DNA of 64,000 nucleotides from Candidatus Poribacteria bacterium. GTDB taxonomy: Bacteria; Poribacteria; WGA-4E; PCPOR2b. The stretch lies in the NCBI GenBank assembly GCA_965198175.1, contig OZ240245.1, forward strand, positions 2,720,001 through 2,784,000, read 5' to 3'. Position numbers and translations under genes: made by a program. This document shows, piece after piece, positions 13,366-24,116 of this stretch; the stretch's first letter is position 1; each line of letters opens with the position of its first letter. The notes under the pieces are model-generated. The model was not told where the DNA came from, did no database searches, and saw only the letters and a program-made list of their open reading frames with translations.

Positions 13366-14052
13366 ATGTCGATTGTTGAACCGATGTCAAAAGTCGATGG
13401 TGTTTTGGCGACGGATCCAATTGTACGGGAGATTGCTGGTCCGCATGACATAATAAGTTATCTACGTCAATTGAACCGCAGGAAAACCGGTCAATCCACA
13501 GGAAATAACGATACTGTAATATGGAATATCAGCAGCCGGCTTCTTCAACTACAGATTGAACAACAGCTTAGAGTGAGTATTACCTACTTTGAAGATAAAG
13601 AATTGCGGTCGGGTGCTTATGAAATCCGATCACAAGGTGTTTTTCCGCGGGTTTTCCCCAACCAGAGCCTAACCCCTCAATCTTCCTCTGAATTCATTTC
13701 TCTGTCAACTCGCCCGCCTGCACGGCATAACGAAGACACCACAATTACACCGGGCCCTAAAACGAGATCACAGCTTGCCGGAAGGGAGCTTGATGTAGTA
13801 AAATCGAGCACTTCGACAGTTGACCCAAGCACCCAAGCGCCAAGCAGTCAACTACCGCAGGAACTCGCCAGTACAGTCGCTAACTTGGTTACCTATGTTG
13901 AGCAACTGCAGCAAGAACTCCTGGCAACAAAGAGCACTTTGCAAGACCATGAAGCGCTTTTCAAGACAATGGACGAGCGAATCAGGCGCTTAGAATTGGA
14001 AAATCGTCAGTTGCATGAAATTTCAGAGCGCCAAGACACTACTTCCATATAG
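13366..14052 (+). CDS. Hypothetical protein with C-terminal coiled coil
   Basis: Long ORF, GAGGGG RBS, heptad-like C-terminus. Confidence 0.6.
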   Translation: MSIVEPMSKVDGVLATDPIVREIAGPHDIISYLRQLNRRKTGQSTGNNDTVIWNISSRLLQLQIEQQLRVSITYFEDKELRSGAYEIRSQGVFPRVFPNQSLTPQSSSEFISLSTRPPARHNEDTTITPGPKTRSQLAGRELDVVKSSTSTVDPSTQAPSSQLPQELASTVANLVTYVEQLQQELLATKSTLQDHEALFKTMDERIRRLELENRQLHEISERQDTTSI

Positions 14053-14266
14053 AAGCTTGACCGGTCCGACGATATGGATAAAGATTTAGTCGACGCTGAG
14101 TCTCAATTCTGTTTGAGTTAATTGCTAAGTCACGGTCAAGGTTGTAGCCTTTAGGGGAATCATTCAGAAATCACCTTCCATAATCCCTCGACAAGTTAAC
14201 GTACCATTTTCAGGTTGAAAGCCAGGTACACCAACCCCTGAACGATTTTCAAAGTGACAAAGGATA

Positions 14267-14629
14267 ATGCGCGAATCAGTCGTTTGGATATCTATACTGA
14301 TTGTAATTGGTTTACTTGGGATAATCGCGGTAGCATTTGTGAACATGTCGCACACAACTCCAATGACTTTCACATCGGATAAGGGATACAACTTCATTGA
14401 TGTTTCCAACTATCCACCGAGGATGCAGGAATACTACAAGATTTTCGCGCAGAAATGTAGCCGATGCCATACGCTTGCTCGCCCAATCAATTCAAAATTT
14501 GTCCGGGAAGCGTGGAGGAAATATGTCCACAGAATGATGAGAAAACCCGGATCGGGATTAACACCGAAAACCGCAGAACAGATTATCGAATTTCTGATGT
14601 ACGATACTCAAGTAAGAGAAAAAGGATAA
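14267..14629 (+). CDS. Membrane-anchored monoheme cytochrome c
   Basis: N-terminal TM, CSRCH heme motif, W..YV.RM..KPGS. Confidence 0.8.
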   Translation: MRESVVWISILIVIGLLGIIAVAFVNMSHTTPMTFTSDKGYNFIDVSNYPPRMQEYYKIFAQKCSRCHTLARPINSKFVREAWRKYVHRMMRKPGSGLTPKTAEQIIEFLMYDTQVREKG

Positions 14630-14716
14630 TCTAATCGACTTTCTTGTCAACATTGCTGTTGTGCGCGATAGATCCCCCGTGGGAGTTTTGTTCATTTCTC
14701 TCATGGGGAATTTTTT

Positions 14717-14745
14717 TTGACCGTATTTTACTGTAATGTTATACT
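14717..14745 (+). promoter_or_regulatory. Sigma70 promoter with extended -10
   Basis: TTGACC-17 bp-TATACT with TG. Confidence 0.65.
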
Positions 14746-14795
14746 CTACACGATTAGACAATTCAACCCTAAACCACAATAAGGAGGAATTAACA

Positions 14796-15664
14796 ATGTT
14801 ACGCTTGAAAGCAACATTGATAGCAATTCTGGTTGTGTTCAGTTTGGGAGTTTCAGATGTAAAAGCACATCGTGGTACAAACGGGCGTGTTGATGCGCAA
14901 GCATCAGTAGAAACACGCGACACAGGTGGTACCGCAAAAGAAATTAGAGCTAGTGCTTATGTTCGAGGAACTACAGGGGAGCATCCGGGGACAACAAATC
15001 AGCATCCCCACAAGCGTGATCTCTATCTGCATATTTACCTCCATAGGAGAGGGCATCACCCAGATGAAGATCCTGAGGGGGTATTTGCATATAGACTTAA
15101 ATTTGGCGAATCACTATTTGGCGAAGCAGTATTAACACGTGCTCCTCTAGTTGATGGTAGGACAGTTCTCAACGAATGCTGGATAGGATTGGCTAGTTCT
15201 TACGGGGCAATATGGACAGTAGACCCCAATGATCCAAACAATGAACAACTGGATCGTTTTACTGGCAATGCCTATACTGGTGCGTTAGAATTTTGTCACT
15301 TTGCCAATGCGTTTGCAAGTGCAGATTCAGACCCTCTAATACCAACCATCGACCAAGAGCAACTAGCTCATGATTTGTCTAATGAGATTGACTTGGCAGA
15401 TGACGCAACGGTGCTATTTATCTCAACGGACGTATTCAGACTATCGACCACGATCCCGATACCGTTTACGTTGCTGAGTTAGATAATGGTGTAACCTATA
15501 CTTTAGGTAATGCTGACTCAATTGATGCCTATCACGAAAATAGAGAAGTATCAAGTATAGTCCAGCTAGACCCATTTGATGGTGTAGCCATCGCAGGTGC
15601 ACCAGCTAGACCTAGTCCACGTAGATTAGTAACTACAACTTGGACTAAGATGAAACAGCAGTAA
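14796..15664 (+). pseudogene. Secreted protein with a Poribacteria-type C-terminal motif, frameshifted at about 15420
   Basis: AAGGAGG RBS and signal peptide. A second frame from about 15425 reads NGRIQTIDHDPD...AGAPARPSPRRLVTTTWTKMKQQ-stop (15664). Confidence 0.7.
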
Positions 15665-15671
15665 GCAAAAT

Positions 15672-15708
15672 AAGGCGAAGGTCATCTAGATGGCTTTCGC
15701 CTTTTATA
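15672..15708 (+). terminator. Rho-independent terminator
   Basis: AAGGCGAAGGTCATC TA GATGGCTTTCGCCTT followed by TTATAT, just after the stop at 15664. Confidence 0.7.
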
Positions 15709-15721
15709 TAGGAGGTAAACA

Positions 15722-16096
15722 ATGAGATATTTATTGATTATCGCAATAATCCTTTGCTTAGGTTGCGCCGATGATCCCCAAGAACAAACCAAGCTAACGT
15801 TTGATACTTGTCCAATTCCTAATTTTGATATAGACTGGGAAGGTAAAGGTATCTTCAATTACCAAGCCCCACACAGAGGCGAACTCTTGCTCTCAAATGG
15901 TGTTATTGGTGTGTTGCTTTTGAGTGGTGCAGCCGAAGGGAATTATGATTTATTGGTAGGTGGTAGAGTAACCAGCCCAACAAGTATAGAAGTTAGCCAC
16001 GTTGCCATTAACAGTATCGTTGATGGAAACATTACTCTTGAAGAGGTAGAGCGAGAGGAATCAGGAATTTCAAAACTTTTTTTTGATAAACGATAA
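15722..16096 (+). CDS. Putative lipoprotein
   Basis: GGAGGT RBS; MRYLLIIAIILCLGC lipobox-like signal. Confidence 0.7.
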   Translation: MRYLLIIAIILCLGCADDPQEQTKLTFDTCPIPNFDIDWEGKGIFNYQAPHRGELLLSNGVIGVLLLSGAAEGNYDLLVGGRVTSPTSIEVSHVAINSIVDGNITLEEVEREESGISKLFFDKR

Positions 16097-16318
16097 TGCA
16101 ACTTTGCAGTATCAGTTAATTATATCAGATAGTATTTCCGCTAGATCAGGTTGTGAGGAAAATCAAGAGCATTTAGCTCCTGAACTTGTAGCGAGAATAT
16201 TACCTTTAGCAAAAAATATGATTTCTATAATAGAACAACAGTAAATTAGAAGCACTTCAACCGCCTTTAGACTTGCGCGAAAAAATTAACATGTAGTATC
16301 ATTTTAATGTTCTTACGT

Positions 16319-16498
16319 CTAATAATCAACTCGCACCGTTTGAAAAAGAGGTCTCGTTTGGACTTCTATTCCGCGACGTTGCAATTCCTTGATTAAAAGA
16401 TGCGTAGGAATATCTTTGAGTAGTGATTCAGAACTCTTGGTTTCAATTCTAGGTTTGGGTGTAGCCCTACCTTGTATTGACTCCTGTTTTCTATTCAT
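16319..16498 (-). CDS. 59-aa hypothetical protein (MNRKQESIQG...TVRVDY), below the ORF-track cutoff
   Basis: GGAGAG RBS; upstream TTGACT-18-TATCAT promoter (16598-16569); LLIKELQRRG helix. Confidence 0.55.
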   Translation of the reverse strand: MNRKQESIQGRATPKPRIETKSSESLLKDIPTHLLIKELQRRGIEVQTRPLFQTVRVDY

Positions 16499-16653
16499 TT
16501 TAACTCTCCCAAGTTTGCTCTTAGATTTTGGCGGAGGCTGATAACTCCGCCATTTTCACATCAACAAGATGATAACATATTCAATCTGCGCAAGTCAAAT
16601 TACTAGGAATAATCTTTTGCATCTTTTGGCTTCTATTAGTTGGCAAAATACTA

Positions 16654-17472
16654 GGTTCTGTTGACATTTCAACGGAGCCAGATAAGAGTAGAGACAAAAC
16701 TCAGAAATCCAAAATAACGGGCAGCTAGTTTCTCGAAACGAGAGAAGATACGACGATACCATTTTATCTTGTTGATGAAACATTCAACCAGATGTCTCTC
16801 TTTGTATAAATGTTTGTCATATGTTCTTTGAGCGCCACGATTACGTCGAGGCGGTATCACCGCCGTCGCTCCATTCGCTTCAATAACGTCGATAAAACTG
16901 TCCGAATCGTATCCCTTGTCTCCAATTACATGCTCGCTGTTATAGCCAACTATCAACGCTTCGGCTTCAGCTATGTCGTGTCTCTGACCGGGAGTTAGCT
17001 GGAGTCTAAGCGGATTACCTAGTGCGTCAACTGTGATATGAATTTTGTACTAAAGCCGCCCCGAGAGCGTCCTAGCGCTTGGTTTTCAGTACCTCCGTTT
17101 TTTTTGAGGCGCCAGCCGCACATGGGTGATCCCGGCAAATGGTAGTGTCAATAATAAGCCACTCCATATCTGGGTCGGAGGCGAAGTAGCGGTGCATGTG
17201 TGCGAAGATTCCATTGTCACACCAGCAGCCAAACCGCTTATAGATGGAGTTCCAATTTCCATAGGCAGTAGGCAAGAGTCGCCATTGAGCACCGCTACGA
17301 GTCACCCACAGGAGGGCTTCGACGAATCGTGGGGTTCCAGCTTCGTTGCGGACATAGATGTTGGAACAGCTTAGAAGAAACTGGTATATCTTTCTCCATC
17401 GGTCATCACGTAAGGTTATTGGCATCATTCTTCTATTATGCCACAACCTTATAACCAAATGTCAACAGAACC
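16654..17472 (-). mobile_element. IS5-family element, two-ORF (IS427-like) type, probably inactive
   Basis: Perfect 16-bp IRs GGTTCTGTTGACATTT (16654-16669 and 17457-17472); TA duplication; A8 frameshift site; GDKGYDS and ERHLVECF motifs; one extra base missing near 17045 relative to the copy at 63312. Confidence 0.92.
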
Positions 17473-17495
17473 TAACCATTCTGTTAATACTTATC

Positions 17496-18338
17496 CTAAA
17501 ATATACCCTCCATAAAATCTAAGAACACATCATTACTTTTCCGATGGTTATATTTCCAGCAGGATTCGGCAATATAGAGAGGTAGATATTTCTCGGAGTA
17601 ATGATGATGTGTACCATACCAAGCCCGCTTTACCAGAGACCAGAATCCTTCAATCGTGTTGGTATGCACATCACCGTCAACATATCTTTCCTTATGCTTA
17701 ATCACTTTTCGTTTAACGAATTTGTCTAGAACATTACAAGCCCCATATTCATCAGTCATTAACAAGGTTTTGCCATAGTCAACAGCATTCTTTAGGAATT
17801 TTCCAATTCCCCGCCCGCTTAAATCTCGCTGAAATTTGGCGATTACGTTCCCGCCACGTTCTACCACACCAATCACAGGTGATTTCTTTGTACCTCTACC
17901 TCTCAAATTTTTGCCCTTATTAGTTCGTGGACGCCCGCCGATGTAGACTTCATCAACTTCGACGATGCCTTTAAGTAGAGGTTTATCTTCATTCATCATT
18001 TCCCGCCTTATGCGTTGTAGCATATACCAAGCAGACTTTTGTTTAATATCAATTTCTCTAGCCAATTCGTAACTAGAAATCCCTTTCTTGGCGTTCATTA
18101 TCATAGAAATAGCAACAAACCATTCTTGTAATGGGATTTTTGTGTGACTAAATAGAGAATTTGATATAACAGTAAAGGCAGATTTGCAGTCTAGACAACC
18201 CCAACGTGTTAGCCTTTTCTTTACACGCACACTTCCACAGTGGGGACAATAAGCACCATTCTTGAAACGGATTTCCTCTAGAAAATCAAGACAAGACTTC
18301 TTATCTGGGAATTGCTTGATCATATTGAATATGTTCAT
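17496..18338 (-). CDS. IS1595-family transposase, intact
   Basis: CPHC...CLDC Zn ribbon; GIVEVDEVYIGG, LMTDEY, HTNTIEGFWSLVKR. Confidence 0.95.
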   Translation of the reverse strand: MNIFNMIKQFPDKKSCLDFLEEIRFKNGAYCPHCGSVRVKKRLTRWGCLDCKSAFTVISNSLFSHTKIPLQEWFVAISMIMNAKKGISSYELAREIDIKQKSAWYMLQRIRREMMNEDKPLLKGIVEVDEVYIGGRPRTNKGKNLRGRGTKKSPVIGVVERGGNVIAKFQRDLSGRGIGKFLKNAVDYGKTLLMTDEYGACNVLDKFVKRKVIKHKERYVDGDVHTNTIEGFWSLVKRAWYGTHHHYSEKYLPLYIAESCWKYNHRKSNDVFLDFMEGIF

Positions 18339-18432
18339 TTTTTACCTTCCACCGTTAAAATTAAGAGAGTATAATAATTTCTGTTGTAAAAAAAGGCGAA
18401 GCTATCGGCTTCGCCAGAAAGGACATGGTAAG

Positions 18433-18582
18433 ATGAATTTATTCGATTTTCTAGTCATTGCACTAGAAAACGACTATATCCAACTATCTATCTGGATGAT
18501 AGCTTGCGCTATTACATTCAGCATACCACGTAACTTTCAGCAAATTCTAGATATTGTAGAACTTGCTTTACAACGAAAATAA
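18433..18582 (+). CDS. 49-aa hydrophobic peptide
   Basis: MNLFDFLVIALENDYIQLSIWMIACAITFSIP...; preceded by a hairpin at 18395-18415. Confidence 0.4.
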   Translation: MNLFDFLVIALENDYIQLSIWMIACAITFSIPRNFQQILDIVELALQRK

Positions 18583-18846
18583 AATAGTTGTCCCATGAAA
18601 TCTTATATGTTATCATAAGGCAACTATTCGAATAGTAGTGATGAAGGAAATAGCTGGGCAACCACACACCTCCTTCACCCACCATTTAGGGTTGGGGAAA
18701 AATCACTTTCCCTTAACCCTATTTATTTATACGTACCAAGTGATGATCCAATTATAATCTAAAAGTCAAGAGGGTATTATTACGCAGAATAATGATTATA
18801 ATCACAATTTGTGTGCACCTTCGATACACCCATCATCCATCGTGTT

Positions 18847-20739
18847 TTACCGCACCCGTGTACCCGGGCGCATCGTCTTTTCAAACGTCGCTAGGGCGAG
18901 GTCTTTCCCATCTGCGGCTGCAAGTAGCATCCCTTGTGATTTGATTCCGCGAATGGTAGCGGGTTCTAGGTTTGCAACGAGTATCACCTGTTTCCCGATG
19001 AGATCGTCTGGCATGTAGTTTTCAGCGATGCCGGCAACGATTTGTCGTTGCTCACCGCCGAGATTGACTTGCAGTTTTAGTAGCCGGTCCGCATTGGGAA
19101 TAGGCTCCGCAGCAATAACCTCGGCAACGCGCATATCCAGCGACTGGAATTGTTTAAACGAGATAAGGTCAGATTCTTCAGTCCCATCCACACTGTCTCT
19201 TTGCGCCCGTCTCGTATCCTTTCGCGGGAAAATTGGCTCAGGTTTCCTAATTGAAACACCCGATGGTAACCCTCCCCACTGCGCGACCGTATCTAACCCT
19301 TGCGCGTTGAAACTCTCATCAAGTCCCATCTGCTGGCGGATGCGATTGGCGGTGTCGGGCATGAAAGGTGAAATCAGAACGGCTACCGTTCTCAGGGCTT
19401 CCAAACTGTTATAGAGGATAGTTCCCATCCGTTCCTTTTTTTCCTCCGATTTCGCCAGTGTCCAGACCTGAGTCTGCTGAACATAGCGATTAACACGCCG
19501 TACAAACTCCCAAATCGCTTCCAACGCAGTATCAAAAGCACGTCGGCTCATAAGAGAATCTACTTTATTGATTGTTTCCATCGCTATCTGCTTGACTTCA
19601 TTGTCAAATTCACCGGGCGTCGTAGGGCTCGGAATGACACCGAAGTGCTTCGAGACGAGTCCCAGTGTACGGTTGAGTAGGTTCCCAAGGTCGTTTGCCA
19701 GATCTGCGTTGTACCGCAACAGAAAGCGATCCTGTCGAAAGTCCCCGTCATTACCGAAGCTGAATTCGCGCATCATATAGTAGCGAAATGCTTCCAACCC
19801 GAACTCGTCAATCAGGGCATCCATGTCAATAATATTGCCTGTTGTTTTGCTGATCCGATCTCCGTCCTTCGTCAACCAACCGTGTCCGAATACCTGCTTT
19901 GGCAGCGGCAAGTGGACGGACATTAACATAGCAGGCCAGATAATTGCGTGAAAGCGCGTAATCTCTTTCCCCATCAGGTGTATATCCGCAGGCCAATACG
20001 TGCGGAATTTTTCGCCAGTCTCGTCGAAGTCGAGCGCTGTGACATAGTTACACAATGCCTCAATCCAAACATAGATATTATGGGTAGGGTCAAATGGCAA
20101 AGGAATACCCCAAGATACGGAAGCACGCGAGATGCTAACATCTTTTAGCCCCGATTCGATTACACTGAGAATTTCATTACGACGGCTCTCTGGTTGAATA
20201 AACCCTGGATTGGCGCGTAAATGTTCAAGCAGCCGATTCTCATATTTCGACAGCGCAAAAAAGTAGTTTTCTTCTTCAACCCATTCCACGGGCAAATGGT
20301 GTACCGGACAGATCTTTTCTTCGCCCAGTTCTTTCTCCGTGTAGAAACTTTCGCACGGGCGACAGTAATATCCTTCATACTTGTCTTTATAAACATCTCC
20401 AGATTCATGAAGGCTGTTGAGGAACTTTGCCACGCCGCGTTTGTGCAATTCACTGGTTGTCCGGAGAAAAATATCGTATGAAATATTCAACTTCTTCCAA
20501 AGATTCGTAAACGTCGGTGCCATCTGATCGCAATATTGCTGTGGGGATACTCCCTTTTCAGCGGAAATTTTTTCGATATTTGCGCCGTGTTCATCCACGC
20601 CCGTTATAAAGAAAACATCATCGCCTTTGAGGCTATGATACCTTGCCAGCGCATCAGCAGCGATGCTTGTGTAAGCATGACCGACATGCGGCTCCGCATT
20701 AACGTAGTAAATCGGTGTTGTGATATAGAATTTACCCAT
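18847..20739 (-). CDS. metG: Methionine--tRNA ligase with C-terminal tRNA-binding domain
   Basis: FYITTPIYYVNAEPHVGH, GVDEHG, ISKT (KMSKS equivalent), NLEPATIRGIKSQGMLLAA. Confidence 0.97.
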   Translation of the reverse strand: MGKFYITTPIYYVNAEPHVGHAYTSIAADALARYHSLKGDDVFFITGVDEHGANIEKISAEKGVSPQQYCDQMAPTFTNLWKKLNISYDIFLRTTSELHKRGVAKFLNSLHESGDVYKDKYEGYYCRPCESFYTEKELGEEKICPVHHLPVEWVEEENYFFALSKYENRLLEHLRANPGFIQPESRRNEILSVIESGLKDVSISRASVSWGIPLPFDPTHNIYVWIEALCNYVTALDFDETGEKFRTYWPADIHLMGKEITRFHAIIWPAMLMSVHLPLPKQVFGHGWLTKDGDRISKTTGNIIDMDALIDEFGLEAFRYYMMREFSFGNDGDFRQDRFLLRYNADLANDLGNLLNRTLGLVSKHFGVIPSPTTPGEFDNEVKQIAMETINKVDSLMSRRAFDTALEAIWEFVRRVNRYVQQTQVWTLAKSEEKKERMGTILYNSLEALRTVAVLISPFMPDTANRIRQQMGLDESFNAQGLDTVAQWGGLPSGVSIRKPEPIFPRKDTRRAQRDSVDGTEESDLISFKQFQSLDMRVAEVIAAEPIPNADRLLKLQVNLGGEQRQIVAGIAENYMPDDLIGKQVILVANLEPATIRGIKSQGMLLAAADGKDLALATFEKTMRPGTRVR

Positions 20740-21253
20740 GAATCTGTGTCCCCCTTCGATTAAAATAAAAAAGCCCATTATCACCGTGGTGATAATAGGC
20801 AAGCTTGCAAGGATATGTCGCAACCAGTCTCAATTCAGATGTGACAGACCTATTTTCACCTTATTAGTTGAACGCATGGACATAGCTATATTGGTGAGAA
20901 AGGCGAAGCAGGTGATTTGGAGGAGGAGGAATTGAGATTGCGTCATTGTTCTATTTGCCAAGATGTATCTTTTAATATTGTCAGTCCATTTTATTTTAGC
21001 ACAAGCCGCAATTATTATCAAGGAAAAATTGAAGGTTGAAGCAGTTTCACTGCTACTCCGCCTGACGTCACGGGGATTGTAGGATTTTCTGTTGACGGTT
21101 TTTTCGACTTCTGCTAAGCTGTCAAAGAACTAGGCATGTGTCACACAGCAAGCAGCCTACTGTCAATTCTTTAAACATACAGAACGCAATGCTGCGAGAT
21201 TCCGGTCTCGAAACCCGTGCATTGACCAATCGTGAAGGTGAGAAGAAAACATC

Positions 21254-22672
21254 ATGTCCGGCCTAGATATCTGCTTTATGACAGCTGCTGAGTTAAGCCA
21301 CCGCATCCGCGCGAAAGAATTATCTGCTAGGGAAGTCATGCAGGCATTTTTAGCGCAAATTGAGCGTGTAAACCCAAAAGTGAACGCGATTGTTACGTTG
21401 CTGCCCGAACAAGCGATTGAACAAGCCACCACTGCTGATGAGGCACTAGCACGTGGCGAGGCAGTAGCAGCGTTGCATGGACTTCCGATAGCGCACAAAG
21501 ATCTGTTCCCAACCAGGGAAATCCGCACAACTTTCGGATCCCCCATATTCAAGGACTTTGTACCGGCTGAGGACGCACTCATTGTAGAGAGATTAAAGAA
21601 AGCCGGAGCAATCACAATTGGCAAAACAAATACACCCGAGTTCGGCGCCGGGGCACAGACCTATAACGAAGTGTTCGGAGAAACCCTCAATCCCTACGAC
21701 ACCTCGATGACCTGTGGTGGTAGCAGTGGCGGTGCAGCAGTAGCGTTAGCCTGCGGAATGCTGCCAATCGCCGATGGTAGTGACACGGGTGGATCGCTGC
21801 GTATTCCGGCGAACTTCTGCAATGTCGTGGGTTTTCGCACTTCTCCAGGCAGAGTGCCTATATGGCCGAACGTGGCGGCGTGGTCTCCAATTACAGTGCA
21901 GGGCCCAATGGCTAGAACAGTCCGAGATGCTGCACTCATATTGGGCGCTATCGCCGGGCCGGATCCACGTTCACCCATCGCCATCGCTGAACCCGGCAGT
22001 CAATTTTATCGCCCCTTGAATCGCGATTTTACAGGTGTACGCATCGCTTGGGGGCATAATCTAGGGGGACTGCCGGTGGATGCGCGCATAACTAACACAA
22101 TTGATAGCCAGCGGAGCGTGTTCGAGGACTTGGGCTGCGTGGTCGAAGATGGCGAACCGGATTTCGCAGGTGCAGATGAAGTCTTCAAGATATGGCGAGC
22201 GTGGCGCTTCGAGCTTGCTTATAGCGACTTACTGAAAACACACCGTGACCAAGTGAAGGACACTGTAATCTGGAATATTGAAGAAGGAATGAAGCTGAGC
22301 GGACCTCAGATTGGACGGGCTGAACTTAAACGAACTGAAATTTACCACCGTGTGCGAAAATTTATGGAGACCTACGAGTTCCTAATCCTCCCCGTAAACC
22401 AGGTACCGCCCTTCGACGTAACGCAGCGTTATGTAACAGAGATTGCCGGTGTAAAAATGGAGACCTATATTGACTGGATGAAATCTTGCTATTACGTGAC
22501 AGTTACCGGTCTCCCCGCAATCTCAGTTCCATGTGGTTTCACACACGAAGGTCTGCCTGTAGGCGTCCAGATTGTGGGGCGCCACCAAGATGACTTCGGT
22601 GTATTGCAACTGGCTTACGCCTTTGAACAAGCGACAGAGTCTTGGAAAAATAGCCCCCCGGTAGCTAAATAG
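21254..22672 (+). CDS. Amidase signature family enzyme
   Basis: GLPIAHKD, GKTNTPEFG, GGSSGGAA, GSDTGGSLRIPA. Confidence 0.95.
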   Translation: MSGLDICFMTAAELSHRIRAKELSAREVMQAFLAQIERVNPKVNAIVTLLPEQAIEQATTADEALARGEAVAALHGLPIAHKDLFPTREIRTTFGSPIFKDFVPAEDALIVERLKKAGAITIGKTNTPEFGAGAQTYNEVFGETLNPYDTSMTCGGSSGGAAVALACGMLPIADGSDTGGSLRIPANFCNVVGFRTSPGRVPIWPNVAAWSPITVQGPMARTVRDAALILGAIAGPDPRSPIAIAEPGSQFYRPLNRDFTGVRIAWGHNLGGLPVDARITNTIDSQRSVFEDLGCVVEDGEPDFAGADEVFKIWRAWRFELAYSDLLKTHRDQVKDTVIWNIEEGMKLSGPQIGRAELKRTEIYHRVRKFMETYEFLILPVNQVPPFDVTQRYVTEIAGVKMETYIDWMKSCYYVTVTGLPAISVPCGFTHEGLPVGVQIVGRHQDDFGVLQLAYAFEQATESWKNSPPVAK

Positions 22673-22959
22673 TTTCATTCACCACCGGACACTTAAACAC
22701 CGGTCGGTCAAGGGATTTGACTTTGGATAGAATAGGCATTAGGTTGAAGAAAGCGCGAAGACAAGAACACATGAACTGAGACACCCGCGCATATGGTACG
22801 GGGGTGAAATTAAAGCCGTAGTCTGCGTCCTTCTTGAATTTAACATCTTTCGTCTATGAATGCCTGCTTGACGACGGCACGAAGCCTTTGAAGGGCTAGC
22901 GGTGTATTTCGTTATCATCTATTTCTCTGGTAACAGGGTTTTGATACGAATCACTTGGC

Positions 22960-23781
22960 TCAAATAAGCCCTGTGCGAGGCTGGACAAAAGCAATAACGC
23001 AGGTCGTTATCACAGCTACCCAGATAGCGACGTAAAGCGGAACAAACTTATACCTTTTTTCAAGCATCTCCGGATACTGTATTGTTTTTCCGGCAAATTT
23101 TCCACGAGGCTTGTTTGGAAAAAAGAAGGTCTTGTAGGTTTCAATCGTGCCGACGGTATAACCCAGCCCGCCCATGGAAATGTACAGGTACGTGTCAGTA
23201 AAACAGGCGATGAGCAACGCATAGAGAGATGCAACGATTGGGCTGCGGAAAAATTTGAGCCATTCAAAACCTTCCAATGGAGCGTCTTTCCAAGCGCCGC
23301 CAAAGGCTGAAATCCACCCACCCACACTGCCAATCAGCAGAACGACGACCACGTTTGGGAGTTTCAAATTCGCATTCTGCAAGGCAATGATGCTCGCTAT
23401 AGCTAGGGCAACACCAACTAAGTAAGCTACACCAGCTAACCAACGCCGCCACTGGCTCTGCACAACGGTCCCTCCTACGTGAAACTGCATCGGGATGAAA
23501 TACTTGGATTGATCTTCTTCTCGCAGAAACGTTTTGTAGAATTCGAGTACTCCGCGTTCGATGACATAGGTCAGGCCATAAAGGATAACCATACTTGCAG
23601 GCCTAGCCACGTCAAGATCTGTAACGCGCTCAAAAATTATAGCGATGAGTCCACTGAATATGATACTTCGGAAATATTTCCTATAAGTGAAACCCTCGTA
23701 GATGGCATCTTTGTACATTCCCCAGGTGGCGGAGTGAGCTCCTGCCATCAAGCCGATAACCAACGCGATAAATAAATTCAT
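22960..23781 (-). CDS. Multi-pass membrane protein with an internal duplication
   Basis: Several TM helices; G.xKDA..EGF...KxFRS occurs twice. Confidence 0.8.
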   Translation of the reverse strand: MNLFIALVIGLMAGAHSATWGMYKDAIYEGFTYRKYFRSIIFSGLIAIIFERVTDLDVARPASMVILYGLTYVIERGVLEFYKTFLREEDQSKYFIPMQFHVGGTVVQSQWRRWLAGVAYLVGVALAIASIIALQNANLKLPNVVVVLLIGSVGGWISAFGGAWKDAPLEGFEWLKFFRSPIVASLYALLIACFTDTYLYISMGGLGYTVGTIETYKTFFFPNKPRGKFAGKTIQYPEMLEKRYKFVPLYVAIWVAVITTCVIAFVQPRTGLI

Positions 23782-24116
23782 AGTCGTTTATATACCTCCG
23801 ATTGATAGGATTGTACTGATTCGTGAAGCGTGGTAGCGTGTTCTAACGTGTCATTTGTCGTACATCCCCAAAGAGGCGAATTGTCTATAGTCTCCAGGTT
23901 TTCCCTTAAACCTAGCTAACCTTATTGGGAACGACACATTGAGTAGGCTAGTTAAACATATCGCTCTTAGCAGAACTCGAGTTAATGGTCGATGCCAGTT
24001 TCATGTTCATGTTATCCCTACAGGATTCGGCGGACGGAAAGTCATCTGAACGTTAATTTGGTGCAAATGGGATACTACTTCCCACTATTAGGATTTACAT
24101 TGCAAATATACTCATT

